This document shows positions 53,613 to 64,000 of a stretch of DNA of 64,000 nt, one piece after another. The position numbers and the translations under genes were made by a program. The notes beneath the pieces are model-generated. The model saw only the letters and a program-made list of their open reading frames with translations. It searched no databases and had not been told where the DNA came from. This DNA comes from Blasia pusilla (lineage: Eukaryota): assembly GCA_050084515.1 (NCBI GenBank), contig CM114271.1:21700001-21764000 (forward strand). Direction: 5' to 3'. Position 1 is the first letter of the stretch. The number at the start of each line of letters is the position of its first letter.

Positions 53613-53945
53613 TTACATCCGAAGGAATCTCGGAAATTTATATTTGACGTAGTCTATGATTTCTTCAGCCTCGTCATCTACAAATCTACTCCTAATTCTC
53701 CAAGGTTCCTGTACAAAAGGAATGTCCTGGGATACAAATGGCTCCTCTAGCCGATTGTAGACTGGGATCGAAAATGTTGGCAAATTTGAGAGCCTTGGTC
53801 CCTCCCCCCCCTCCTCTAGGTACACCATAACGGTCCCATGTAACCTGATTTGAGTCCCACCGCCTTCCTCGGCAGTATATCTTGTACGCTTTGCAATGAG
53901 ACACCCATCCAGTATCAATATGTGCTCCGTCATTGGAAATACCAT
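53613..53945 (-). CDS. Small ORF (110 aa) of unknown function inside the transposon
   Basis: ATG-initiated open frame with protein-like composition; its 3' part is duplicated in degenerate form at ~54310-54400 and ~40190-40290. Confidence 0.3.
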   Translation of the reverse strand: MVFPMTEHILILDGCLIAKRTRYTAEEGGGTQIRLHGTVMVYLEEGGEGPRLSNLPTFSIPVYNRLEEPFVSQDIPFVQEPWRIRSRFVDDEAEEIIDYVKYKFPRFLRM

Positions 53946-54434
53946 GATGGCAATCCAAGAGGTAGTAGGAATCCAACACGTCTGAGAGAAGAGAAGAAGC
54001 CTACGCCTTGTTTGACGATACTAGGGGAAGGTGCCAAAGTGAAGAAGCCCGCCAAATTGCCTCTTAAGTTGGACCAATAGGGAAAGAGTCCGATCACTCA
54101 CGCAGCCAACTTGTCGGAATCCGACAGATTGCTTGGAAATGGTTAAAAAGATGCAGTGGTCAAAAAGTGAAAAGTTGCAAACCGTGGAAATCCGACGGGT
54201 TGCAAAATAGAAGTCCTCGGAGTACATAGACGATCACATTTGAAAAGACATAAAAGATATTCAGCAAACTTTTAGAAACACCACCATCGTTCAAAAAAAT
54301 CTTGTCCTTTATTACATCCGAAAGAAGCTCGGAACTGTACATTTCATCTATTCTATGAAATCTTTTGCCCTCGTCATCAAATAAATCCCTACTCCAAACG
54401 CTGCAGTCAAGCTGGGTCCTTGAGTTCTTTGAAC

Positions 54435-57400
54435 TCACTCGTCATCGTCCGAGAGCTCTTGCAAAATTATTGTCGGCCTTGCCCTCCCGATTTTCGGAAT
54501 CGTGGGAAGTGACGATGGTGTCACTACCAATGGTAGGTCTGGAACCGGAGCTCTCGGCTTCAGAGGAGAGTTATACGCCCCAACTAGCCTGTCGTAATCT
54601 GCCTTTGCCTCCTTGCAAAGGTCAAATAGTTCCTGCCTTCCCTCGAGGCAGAGAATGTTCCTGCCACTCTGCCAAACGCCTTTGATACTCGCCCCTGAAA
54701 GGCCCACTAAGTCGAACACCAAGTCACCCGGCCTTGAGCAGAGCTCGATGAGCGTTTGCATTAGGGTTGGCGATGTTTCCCTTCGTCCAAGTAGTGGGGT
54801 ACCGTCTTGCATGAAAATTTCCGGGGGGGAATTGTATAAACTATCTAAGTTGTACCCATCAGAGCATGGATCCACGGGATCCTGGATCTTAAACACCTGG
54901 AAGTTGTGCTCGGGCTGAACGAAGCAGTAATCATAGGAGTGGTCCATCTGTAAAGAAGCACGTTGGAAACAATGTCAGCAACTTGGCCACTGGTCTACTC
55001 TCAATATGGTGACATAATGTGCAACACGTCACCAAAGAACTTTGCTTAAGCCCAGAGAACTTCTTTATAATACTAACATTGGAGCAACCTGTCGGAGTCC
55101 GACCGGTTGTTTTTGTCCATGACCAAACCGTCGGAAGGCGACGGGTTTCTGTCTTAGAGTGGAGAAGAGGGAAAACGCATTACCACCGGAAGCACAGGGA
55201 AAAAGCATAAGCACCTGCAGGTGCTTATGCTTTTTCCCTGTGCTTCCGGAAAGGTGCAACCCGTCTGAAAGCGACGGGTTGCTCTCAGCCAAGCATGGGC
55301 TGCTCTAAGCCAGCAACCTATCGCCTTCCGACGGGTTGCTCACGGACAAAAACAACACGTCGGAGAAATACAATCTGGAGACAGGAATAGAGCCTTACCC
55401 GAATTTGACTCGTCACGGATCCGAGTGGGTACTCATTCTTGATGATCCACGATTGCGCCGTCCTCCACTTCAGTGACCTCTTGACGCACTCGAGGTTGAA
55501 AAGCTCGTCCTCGCTCCCTCCAATCAAAACTAAGAAGCAGCCCCTGTCACTCAGATAAGCGTCTGCAAAGGAAAACAGGAGCGCGATCTGGTCATAAGAA
55601 AGGGGAACATTCCAGTCTGGGACCCTGTCGGACGGATTCTTGTCCCATAATCGCAACCCCGAGGGCAAATCAGCGATCAAGAGATCCACCGCTACCTCTT
55701 CGACCACCCCATGGACTGTCCAGGGAGCATGCCCATTTCGTTGAAGCTTCCGTCCCAACGTTGTCAATTTGTCGATGGCGGGTGTCGACGATTGAGAACT
55801 GAAACTTTTCAGCTCATCCAGTAGATTCGTGAACTGAAGGATGACGCTTGTCCGGGTCGTTTTTTCTCTATGTCTTCCCAAGGATGATGGACTATATTCT
55901 CCTTGGGACAACCCTGGCGCCTCTCGCTTCCGCTTCTCCCGAGTCTGTGGTTGGCTTGTTGGAGTCTCTATAACCTCAGACTGTGGTGGGGTTTTTTTCG
56001 CAGAGGACCTCGTCCGACCCTCTCTCCCCGCTCGCCCGGACGATTCAGGCTCTGGCCTTGAATCTTCAGCCTCTCTTTGGGAAGACTCGGCCTCAGAATT
56101 CTTCCATCCCCTTGCCTTGCCTTTGAGACCCGCTGTAGATTTGTCTTTGGCTATGTGGACCTTGGAAGCCAACTTCGCTGTCTCGAGGGCTTGCTCTTCC
56201 GCATCTCCTCCGAAAAAATCTTCAGGCTGCACAAAATTGGGGATGTCGTCCCGTCCTGCGGCCACTGCATCATAAAGCACGCGTAGATCTTTCTCGGTAA
56301 TGTCCTCAAGGTCGTTGAAGTCTAGCCAAATCGGGCAATTCTCCACCTCCCAATCGGACATGCGCTCAGCCATCTCCGTGTCGTACATGGAGAATGTCTC
56401 TCCATCAGGCGGAGAAGCCCACAATTTGTAGGCTGCCAGTATTTTTCCCCGGGTACCTGCATTCTTACAAGGGACGAGGTACCTGAACACCATACGTTGG
56501 GCAGATCTTACTCGAACTGCATCGGCCGCCTGCTCCTGAAGATCTCGCTTCTTCTTTGCGAAATCCCTTTTTTTTCCCTCAATTTCTTCGTCAAGGTCTG
56601 CCTGAGGGAGGATGCAATCCTTCAACATCGTCTTGAAACCTGGGTTTTTGATGGGCTTGTCCCGGATGTTATCAAGCCAAAGTTCAAAATCTACAACACT
56701 CTCCAAGTTTGCTTCCTCCGGAAGTGGCCCTATTCTTTTCAGCTCCGCTTGGAGACCGTCGAGCATGGACTTCCCGATAAGCCGCAACGCGTCCCAGAAC
56801 AACCATTCGCGGAGCCAGTGGGAGATCACTGGATCAGAGACACCCGGAGGATGGTGTGCCGCCCTCTTTTGGGCCTCTGTGCCCTCGAGACTGATTTTCA
56901 TCAGTCGTATTCTCCTAAATTTTCTTATTCCAAACAAGGCAAATCGATGCACGCGATCGAGAGACACTTTCTCCCCAATCCGACCTTGCGGATCTTCATC
57001 CCTTTTCCGCTTGCGCTTGATTATCGCCTTTAGCACCTTGTAGAAATCCGAACCAAGTTCGGGGTTGAGAATGGCGATATAGCACTGCATCTTGCTTGCC
57101 GTGTACTTCGTAGCTGCAGATACTGCAGCTTGGATGAATTTTGCATGCTCAGACAGAGATACTTTCTCCCTCTGCTCCAGCTCCAATGCAGCGCTCTTCT
57201 TGGCGGCCTGTATCTTCGACCAGCAAAGGATTGTGACGGCTGCATCTTGGGAGATAAATTTATTTGCCAAAGTCTTCTTTTTGATTTGTGCACCCTTTTC
57301 CAGCATCTCATTTACAAGGGCGTCGCCCAAGAACCCCTTGTACTCTGCCGGGTGCGTCGTTAGCACTTTCTTTCCCCGATCGCAATTCTGGATCCAGTGG

Positions 57401-58932
57401 TGGGTGACATTCCCCTCCGATACAATCCTGCACATCCAAACTCAATATAAGAAAATTTGTAAGTTACATGGGTTCTGCAACCCGTCGGACTCTGATAGGT
57501 CGTCACAGCTCAAGGTTGGATTGTAGCAACGAGCTAAATTATGCAACCCATCGGAGTCCGACGGATTGCATTCAGATTTGTGATTGCCTGGTTTCAACCC
57601 GTCGGACTCCGACGGGTTGTTAGATAGTCCGTATCAAAAGTGAACATATCAACCCGTCAGAGTCCGACAGGTTGCGCAATTTCAATGAAAGTTGCAATTT
57701 GACGCCAAAAATGTAGCTCCCAACTTCCGAATACAATGTGTCGGACTCCGACGAGTTGCTTTCGGCCAAAGACATCAAAAAACCTCCAAAAATAGCTTCG
57801 AGTCAAGCAACCCGTCGGACTCCGATGAGTTGCTTTCTTCAAAAAACATCCAAAAAATGGGGCGAGTCGAGCAACTCGTCGGACTTCGACGAGTTGCTTT
57901 GGGCCAAAAACATCCTAAACCTGTGGTGAGTCGAACAACTCCTCGGACTCCGACGAGTTGCTTTCAGCCAAAAACATCCTAAACCATTGATCAATCGAGC
58001 AACTCGTCGGAGTTCGACGAGTTGCTTTGGGCCAAAAACATCCCAAAAATAGTGGCGACTCAAACAACTTGTCGGAGTCCGACGGTTTGCAGCAAGAAGA
58101 AACTTACGTGTTCATGGCATGCATGGCCATCTCCACCGTTGCAATCGGCAGAGTGGAATTCTCGGGGCGTTGTGGCCCTCCATCAGTGCCATCTGCTTTA
58201 CCACCTATCACAACGGGGACAAGATCAATAAGCTACAGTGAATTGCCAATGAATTGCAACATGGGCCTTCACATAATTCAAAAAACACATATCCTCTCTT
58301 ACCCGCTCGAAGATTGGGTCGGTGTCTTGGCCATCCAACTGCTCTGAGACAGCAGCTGGCAAGTCCACTGGAAACTCGTCGATGCGATAGAGGTCGATTT
58401 CTTCCGCCGGGCTTAGAGACGAGGATGACCGCTCTCCTGCTTCTTCAGCGATGTCCACCATCTCCACGCTGGCGGTCCTCATGACCTCATCGTCCGTGAT
58501 CTGAACTTTGGCCGTTTCCGCTATATTGATTGTGTCCCGGGACTTCATCGGGGACATTTCCCGCATCTCAACACTTTTGGTTGGACGGGCAGGGCTTTCT
58601 TCAATGGCTATTGCTTTTTCCCTCCGAGCTTTAGCCAATTCTGCTCTCCTCACCGACGCGTCCAAACGCTTCTTTTCTCGCTTTTCGTCGGCGACCCTTT
58701 TCTTCAAGGCCTGCGACGCCTCTGCCTCTACGTTCTATTTATCGAGCGCCTCCTGTACACGTTTTGCAAGAAGCTTCTCCTTGTGCATCTCCGCTTCCCT
58801 TTCTCGCTCCTCGATTTCTTGCTGCCTTATCTCATTGGCCGAACGAGGCCCTGGAGATGGTGACGCAGGAGTCCTCATGGACTTGGGAGTGAAGCTCCCA
58901 GACTTGTTTGCTTGAGATTTTTTCCTCGTCAT
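54435..58932 (-). pseudogene. ParB-like/N4C-N6A methyltransferase-like fusion gene, copy C; exons 58932-58108, 57427-55399, 54947-54435
   Basis: Canonical GT-AG junctions give MHAMNT|IVSEGNVTHHW and SQIR|MDHSY in frame; exons 2 and 3 are open (705-aa and 170-aa ORFs). VDLLIADLPSGL (DLPS 55671-55660); RETSPTLMQTLIELCSRPGDLVFDLVGLSGASIKGVWQSGRNILCLE. Exon 1 has stops and lacks the DGNHR segment (deletion at ~58140). Confidence 0.82.
57470..58092. repeat. Palindrome array in intron 1, copy C
   Basis: About ten copies of caac(c/t)cgtcgga-n-tccgacg(g/a)gttg at roughly 60-bp spacing. Confidence 0.9.
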
Positions 58933-60465
58933 TTTTCCCAGAAATGCCTCCACCCATGTGCACGATGAATCGCTTGATGAGTCGCCTTGCTGATGTCGAG
59001 ATGAGTCACCTTGATGGGTAGCTCGAATCGTCTCGCGATCGTTCGCTCGAACCATCTTGCGATCGTTCGCTCGTATCGTCTCGCGATGAGTCGCCGTGTA
59101 AAGCGCCCCTTGGTATCTGGTCAACAGCTGCGCGGGAGAGCAATGGAGATCGCGAAATGAAAAACCGGAAATGAGCGATTTCTCCCCTATTTATACTTTT
59201 CGAGCCGTTGGGCTGACCGTTGGGTCGCATCGTCCTTCCGACAGCGACGTGCCGGCCGTTACGGAAGTCTGGACGTGAAAAACAGCAACCCGACAGCTTC
59301 GACGGGTTGTGCGCTTCCCTAGGGTTCAAGGCATCCGTCCTCGTGGCAACCCGTCGGAGTCCAACAGGTTGCGCGCGTCCGCCGTCCTAGGACGAGAACG
59401 CAAGGTGCGCAAGCAACCCGTCGGAGACCGACAGGTTGAGCGCCTCCGCTGTCTTCAGACAAGAATGCGAGGTACACGCGCAACTCGTCAGAGACTGACA
59501 GGTTGCGCGCCTCCGCCGTCTTCGGACAAGAACAGGAGGTACGCGCGCAACCCGTCGGAGATCGTTGGGTTGCACGCTTTGGAGACCGTTGGGTTGCAAC
59601 GCGGGCTTCCGTGCAACTCCTCGGAGGCCGACAAGTTGCACGCTTCCTTCATGTAAGCGAAACAAGGCAAGGCCCTTGCGCAACCCATCTGAGGGCGACG
59701 GGTTGCACGCCTCGCCGTCTTTGGGCAAGAAGGTGCGGCACCTGCGGAACTCGTCGGAAACAGACGGTTTGCACGCTTCCTTCATGTAAGTGTTACACCA
59801 TGAGATAATTGGGCAACCCCTCTGATGCCGACTGGTTGCGCGCCTCCGCGTCTTTGGGCAAGAAGGCGCGGTACCCGCGCAACTCGTCGGAGAGCGACGG
59901 GTTGCCAGCTTTGTTCATGTTTGCGTTACAAGGTAAGGCAGAAGCATGCAACCTGTCCAAAGCCAACAGGTTGCAGGATTCACTTAGCTTGGGTTAATAG
60001 TTGAGTTACCAGGGCAACCCGTCGGTTATCGACAGGTTGCACGCTTTTCTATCCCTCGGGAAACAATGCGACAACGTATTGTTCCAAGGAAACCCATTGC
60101 AATCCGATGGGTTACAAGATGTACCATGAGTTGGACAATCCCGCAAAACCAAGCGATATCTTGTGTTTGATGCTAGCAAAATCGCCTCAAAAGATCTTCG
60201 GTCGGCAAGAAGGGGATACCAACCCAACGGACTCCGACGGGTTCCAACAAAATGAAGTGTGTTTCGCAACGCACGTCTCTACTTCCCAAATCCTGTAACC
60301 CACCTGACTCGAGAGGTTGTAACAGAATTGAATCCATTGTATCAGACAATTTCACCTACCAAACTTCACCTTGTCAATCAAATTCTGTCAGGAGAATCTG
60401 AGTTCCTATTCACTATAAATTAAACATTCTCATTCTCAGTCTCCTCTTGTTGGAATCTTCTGGGA

Positions 60466-62158
60466 ATGGATACTTATGTGAAGCTCACTTATGGCAGTCA
60501 TCTAGCGGCCCTTCCTCAATCAAAAATCGTTCGACCGCAAGCTCTAGAGTCTTTCATAGCAGTGGATGAAAATTTTCTCTCTCTTCGATTTCTTCTCTAA
60601 ATTGGAACCATCTTTGTATCCAAGGATGTTAGGGTGGACGGTACGGAGGACATAATAGGTGAGACAATCCAGCCAGTGATTGCAGACCGTAAAGTATGGA
60701 ATCTCCTACCTCTAGCAAATGGTCAATACAGAGTTTACGGCTTGCCCCTGAATTCGTCTGTTTCCCAAGTAGACGATCGAGAATTTCCTAGTGCACCGAG
60801 CTCTACGTTTGCAACTCCTAGCTCAGTAGATCCGGCTTCGACTCCAACTTCACACACTCGTAACAATGTTGTTCTTCCTGAAGAGATTCCGGATGTTATC
60901 AACCTCAGTGGATCTGTCGGACACCAACCGGGCCCTCTATCCGCCTCCTCGTTCCTCTTTCGAATATCAGGCAATAGTTTGCTTTTGTCTCTGGCCTTGA
61001 AAATGTTCAAGCACATTCTTGTCGACGAGGTGCCGCCCACGTACGATGGTATTTGCATTTTTGAGTTGCCTCCACTTGTTGCTCTTGCTCAAAAGAAAGA
61101 TAGAGGATGCTTGAAGGGTATGGACAGAAAGTCTGATTGTATTTGGGGACCCCGGACCGCTCCCAAATCCGTGATGGAGACCCTTCTCCAAAATCAGTGA
61201 ATGTCTTATTTCAAAAGCCCTCCGTTGCTGGAAGTTTGCAACATCATGTCACTAGAGTGGTTCAACAATATGGGATTCCGGTAATGGAGGTGGATTGCAA
61301 CCTAAAACGGTGGCATATATCTCGGAGTAACCCAGGACATGGACCCACCTGAAGGGCAAGATCTGATGGCATTAGGAGAGCATGCGGCACTTTCCTAAAT
61401 AAGAACTGTACAAGGATTGGACGACCACTGCCTGGGTTTTGGGGATTCAAAACCTTTGATCGTTTCACGAGGACCGGGGATCAATTGAAGTACTTCTTCT
61501 GTCCAAATGAATCTTGCGCTTTCTGGAAGTCTTATCCGGATGCCATTGGAGCTCCGGGGAATACCCCCACGATTTGGCCCATCGTTACAGGTAAAAATTG
61601 CACTCAAGACGAAGTGGACAATCTTACAAGTGTCGGTTTCAGACTTGTAGACGGGGGAAGTTCGGAGCATGTTTGCATTATAGAGACCTTCGCATTTCGT
61701 ATTCAACCCAAGATTGATGTCAAGATGTACCGGAGAAGGTGGATGATCTCAATCCACTATTTCTGTTTGAGTCTAGAAATGGGGTGAAGAGAAACAGAAT
61801 GTGTAGGCCAATGGTGGAGAGAGCAAAGCGAATTGCATCAGCTTGAGAGGCAAAAATGGAGATCATCGCCACAAAAGATGTCAACAGTGGCAATGGAATA
61901 GGAAGGATGTATTGGATCAAGAAAAAAATTGTAAATTCAAGTGTCACAGGGGTGTATGTGGTGCACATCTGTTGCTTTCCCACATGTTCATGTGATGACT
62001 TTGTCCAAAGAGAGACAAGTGGCAAAAGGTTTTTTCCCTTGTAAGCACATGTACTATGTATTGCTGGCAGTTTTAAGAGAGTCGGAGGTAGGAGTAGGAA
62101 TCCACCAACCAATTTTGTCCCTCAAAGAAGTGCGAAGTATTTTAAACAAACCACTTTG
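60466..62158 (+). pseudogene. MULE-type transposase, copy C: DDE core deleted, C-terminal SWIM zinc finger retained
   Basis: 60466-61140 matches 46629-47303, then joins directly to the equivalent of ~50746. The C-terminus reads VYVVHICCFPTCSCDDF...FFPCKHMYYVLL (CxCxnCxH, with a 1-nt frameshift). Confidence 0.85.
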
Positions 62159-62580
62159 AGGATGCAAAATGAGGTTTTAGACTGTACTTTCATTTTTCCA
62201 TAACCTTCACTTTGAGCTTGAACTTCATTCAGCCTAGGGCAAATGATAGATTTTTTCCAGACCTTGGATGGAAAAAGTGATTGGTTCCACACTTATGATT
62301 CCACTGATTTTTCAGTTTTCTAAATTTTGTGCAATTTGCAACTCGTCGGACTCAGAGGGGTTGCCAAAATGTGGAAGAGGAAAAAAAACTGTGGGAGTGC
62401 TTAAGAACTAAGCAGAAAAGTGCAAAAAAAATCACACAGAAAGTTTCCTCTCTTCAACCCAACGGAAACTCTCTTCAAATCACAGGAAACTCTCTTCAAA
62501 TCACAGGAAACTCTCTTTTGGTTGAAGGTAGTTTCCTCTCTCCTCTCTCCTCTCTTCCTCTCTTCCTCTCCTCTTACCCC

Positions 62581-63560
62581 ACCTCGCATGTTAGGTACAC
62601 TCCCCTGGTTTGCATAGTTTTGTTGATGATACACTCCTCGACACAACCAACAAGTGAAGTTTGGCCCATGCTTATTACCATACAATGGCCTAAGTTTCAC
62701 ATGCATTGACTCTATGTAACCCCTTTTTGCTCCAAGTGTCACCACTTTCTCTCTAAGGCTACATGATTGTGTGTGTGGGATGGTTGATGCAAGTGGTGTC
62801 TTCATCGTGATCACAAAGAGCCCCTCCTTAGTGACTTGCAACTCAACATGCTCTATCAACAAGAATATCAACTTTTGTGTCAAGCCATTTGGTGATTATG
62901 AGATGATTTCCTACACTCACACATGTCTCAATAAGACACAATTGAGCATATGATACCAAGAATATATGGCTTGGGCCTCAATCACCCATGGATGGAAACA
63001 GTCAACCCTTGTTATTAGGTATAGGCCTCACATATATTCTTACCCTATAGATGTTTGAAGTTTTGGATGCTCAATAAATTCTCATTCCAAATATCTCAGT
63101 AGTTGTTTCCCAACTCCTTGAAGAACTCCACAAGCTCGTCAAATGTAGTCAGTTTCCATTGTCTAACTCTAGTTTCTCTCTAATCAACAATGTCTCCTAG
63201 CTCTCCATAAAGCTAGATGAGTCTGGGAGCTCAAGGTTGGTCATAGAAAGCCACAAAATATGATTGGTCACATCCACATAGTTTAGACATATGATTATTT
63301 ATCCTCCATGCCTCAATCTCTAATGCATGCATAGCGAGAGAACTTGTGGCAATCTTCCATTGATGGACCCTCCAAGTGTTGAAACACCATCCTCCAAGAA
63401 ATAAATGGATCATTCTTCCTTGCGTCTCATGGCCCCATGTGCATCAAACCATGCTATATAATCTACGGTGGAATCACTTAGCTCTTAGATTCTAGTTGCA
63501 ACCAAAAATTATTGGAGGACACCCTCCCACTATTGTCTCCTATCTCCCACAAGTGAAGTG
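62581..63560 (-). mobile_element. Decayed gypsy gag remnant
   Basis: LTQKLIFLLIEHVELQVTKE resembles PTLKVVFKLSEQVELNMSEE of the gag at ~13100; CWLCRGVYH knuckle; cut at 62580 by the DNA transposon end. Confidence 0.55.
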
Positions 63561-64000
63561 TGGTGCAAATGGTGGATCCCTATAAAGCGCTAGGAAAGTC
63601 TCTCTATAATGTGCCTTCCTCCTTTGAGGATGACTTGTGTGAGCACCACAAGCATTACTTGGATAGATACTCTCTATACCTCATTTCATTGTGCGTACAT
63701 CCTCCACCACTACTCTCACCAACCCTCCTCTCAAATATTTGAAAGGATATTGTGATCATTTTCATGCCTCTCTTATGTGATTCACTTTCACTTTTGCTCT
63801 CGTGGAGCAAACTAGCTCCTCAACAATCAATAGTGTTGGATTCTCAACATCCACTTCTATGAGTACCATTAATATGATCGGCCCCCTTGTATGAGGAGAA
63901 GCCTAGATTGATGGTTCTGACTTTGACGTCAAAGGAGTCATAGTAATATGACGTAGATGGTTTATGGAGTAACGTTACTAGGATTATCTAACCCTATATT

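Larger units (their letters stand above)
52488..62580. mobile_element. Mutator-like element copy C, with both putative termini and internal deletions (~10.1 kb)
   Basis: Left end GGGGGCTGGTATTCTAGC...gaggagaggaagagaggaagagaggagag; right end ...ctctcctctcttcctctcttcctctcctcttacccc is its inverted counterpart and abuts unrelated gag sequence. No TSD seen. Confidence 0.8.

Noticed and set aside
55318-57435. The 705-aa ORF as a stand-alone gene
   Set aside because: It begins at a splice acceptor and runs past a GTAAG donor; it is exon 2 of the larger fusion gene.
40317-58932. Bacterial or phage contamination, or a restriction-modification system
   Set aside because: The genes have GT-AG introns, are interleaved with plant LTR elements, and no endonuclease partner or operon structure is seen.
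62581-62590. Target-site duplication for the Mutator-like element
   Set aside because: The right flank acctcgcat matches neither left flank (acccacttg at 50949-50957; actagatga at 52479-52487).

Overview
Eukaryotic, repeat-dominated plant DNA. A non-seed land plant such as a bryophyte is my inference from the gene and TE families; it is not proven. Only one intact host gene is evident: a 3-exon very-long-chain 3-oxoacyl-CoA reductase (KCR1-like, 23513-30028), whose 5.3-kb first intron holds three antisense LINE fragments. Positions 1-19 kb are nested, decayed Ty3/gypsy remnants; one family carries a DNMT3-like C5-cytosine methyltransferase domain between protease and RT. Positions 39.8-62.6 kb are three nested or rearranged copies of a large (about 13-14 kb reconstructed) Mutator-like DNA transposon. 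It has two divergent spliced genes: (i) a transposase with a Zn/HxH domain, DDE core and SWIM finger, and (ii) a roughly 1250-aa fusion of a ParB-like domain (DGNHR) with a prokaryote-type beta-class N4C/N6A DNA methyltransferase fold. Its introns and intergenic DNA are packed with a 25-29-bp CG-rich palindrome (CAACCCGTCGGA-N-TCCGACGGGTTG), suggesting a ParB/parS-like self-recognition or anti-silencing module. All TE copies here are pseudogenised. Domain calls come from motif recognition by eye, not from database searches.
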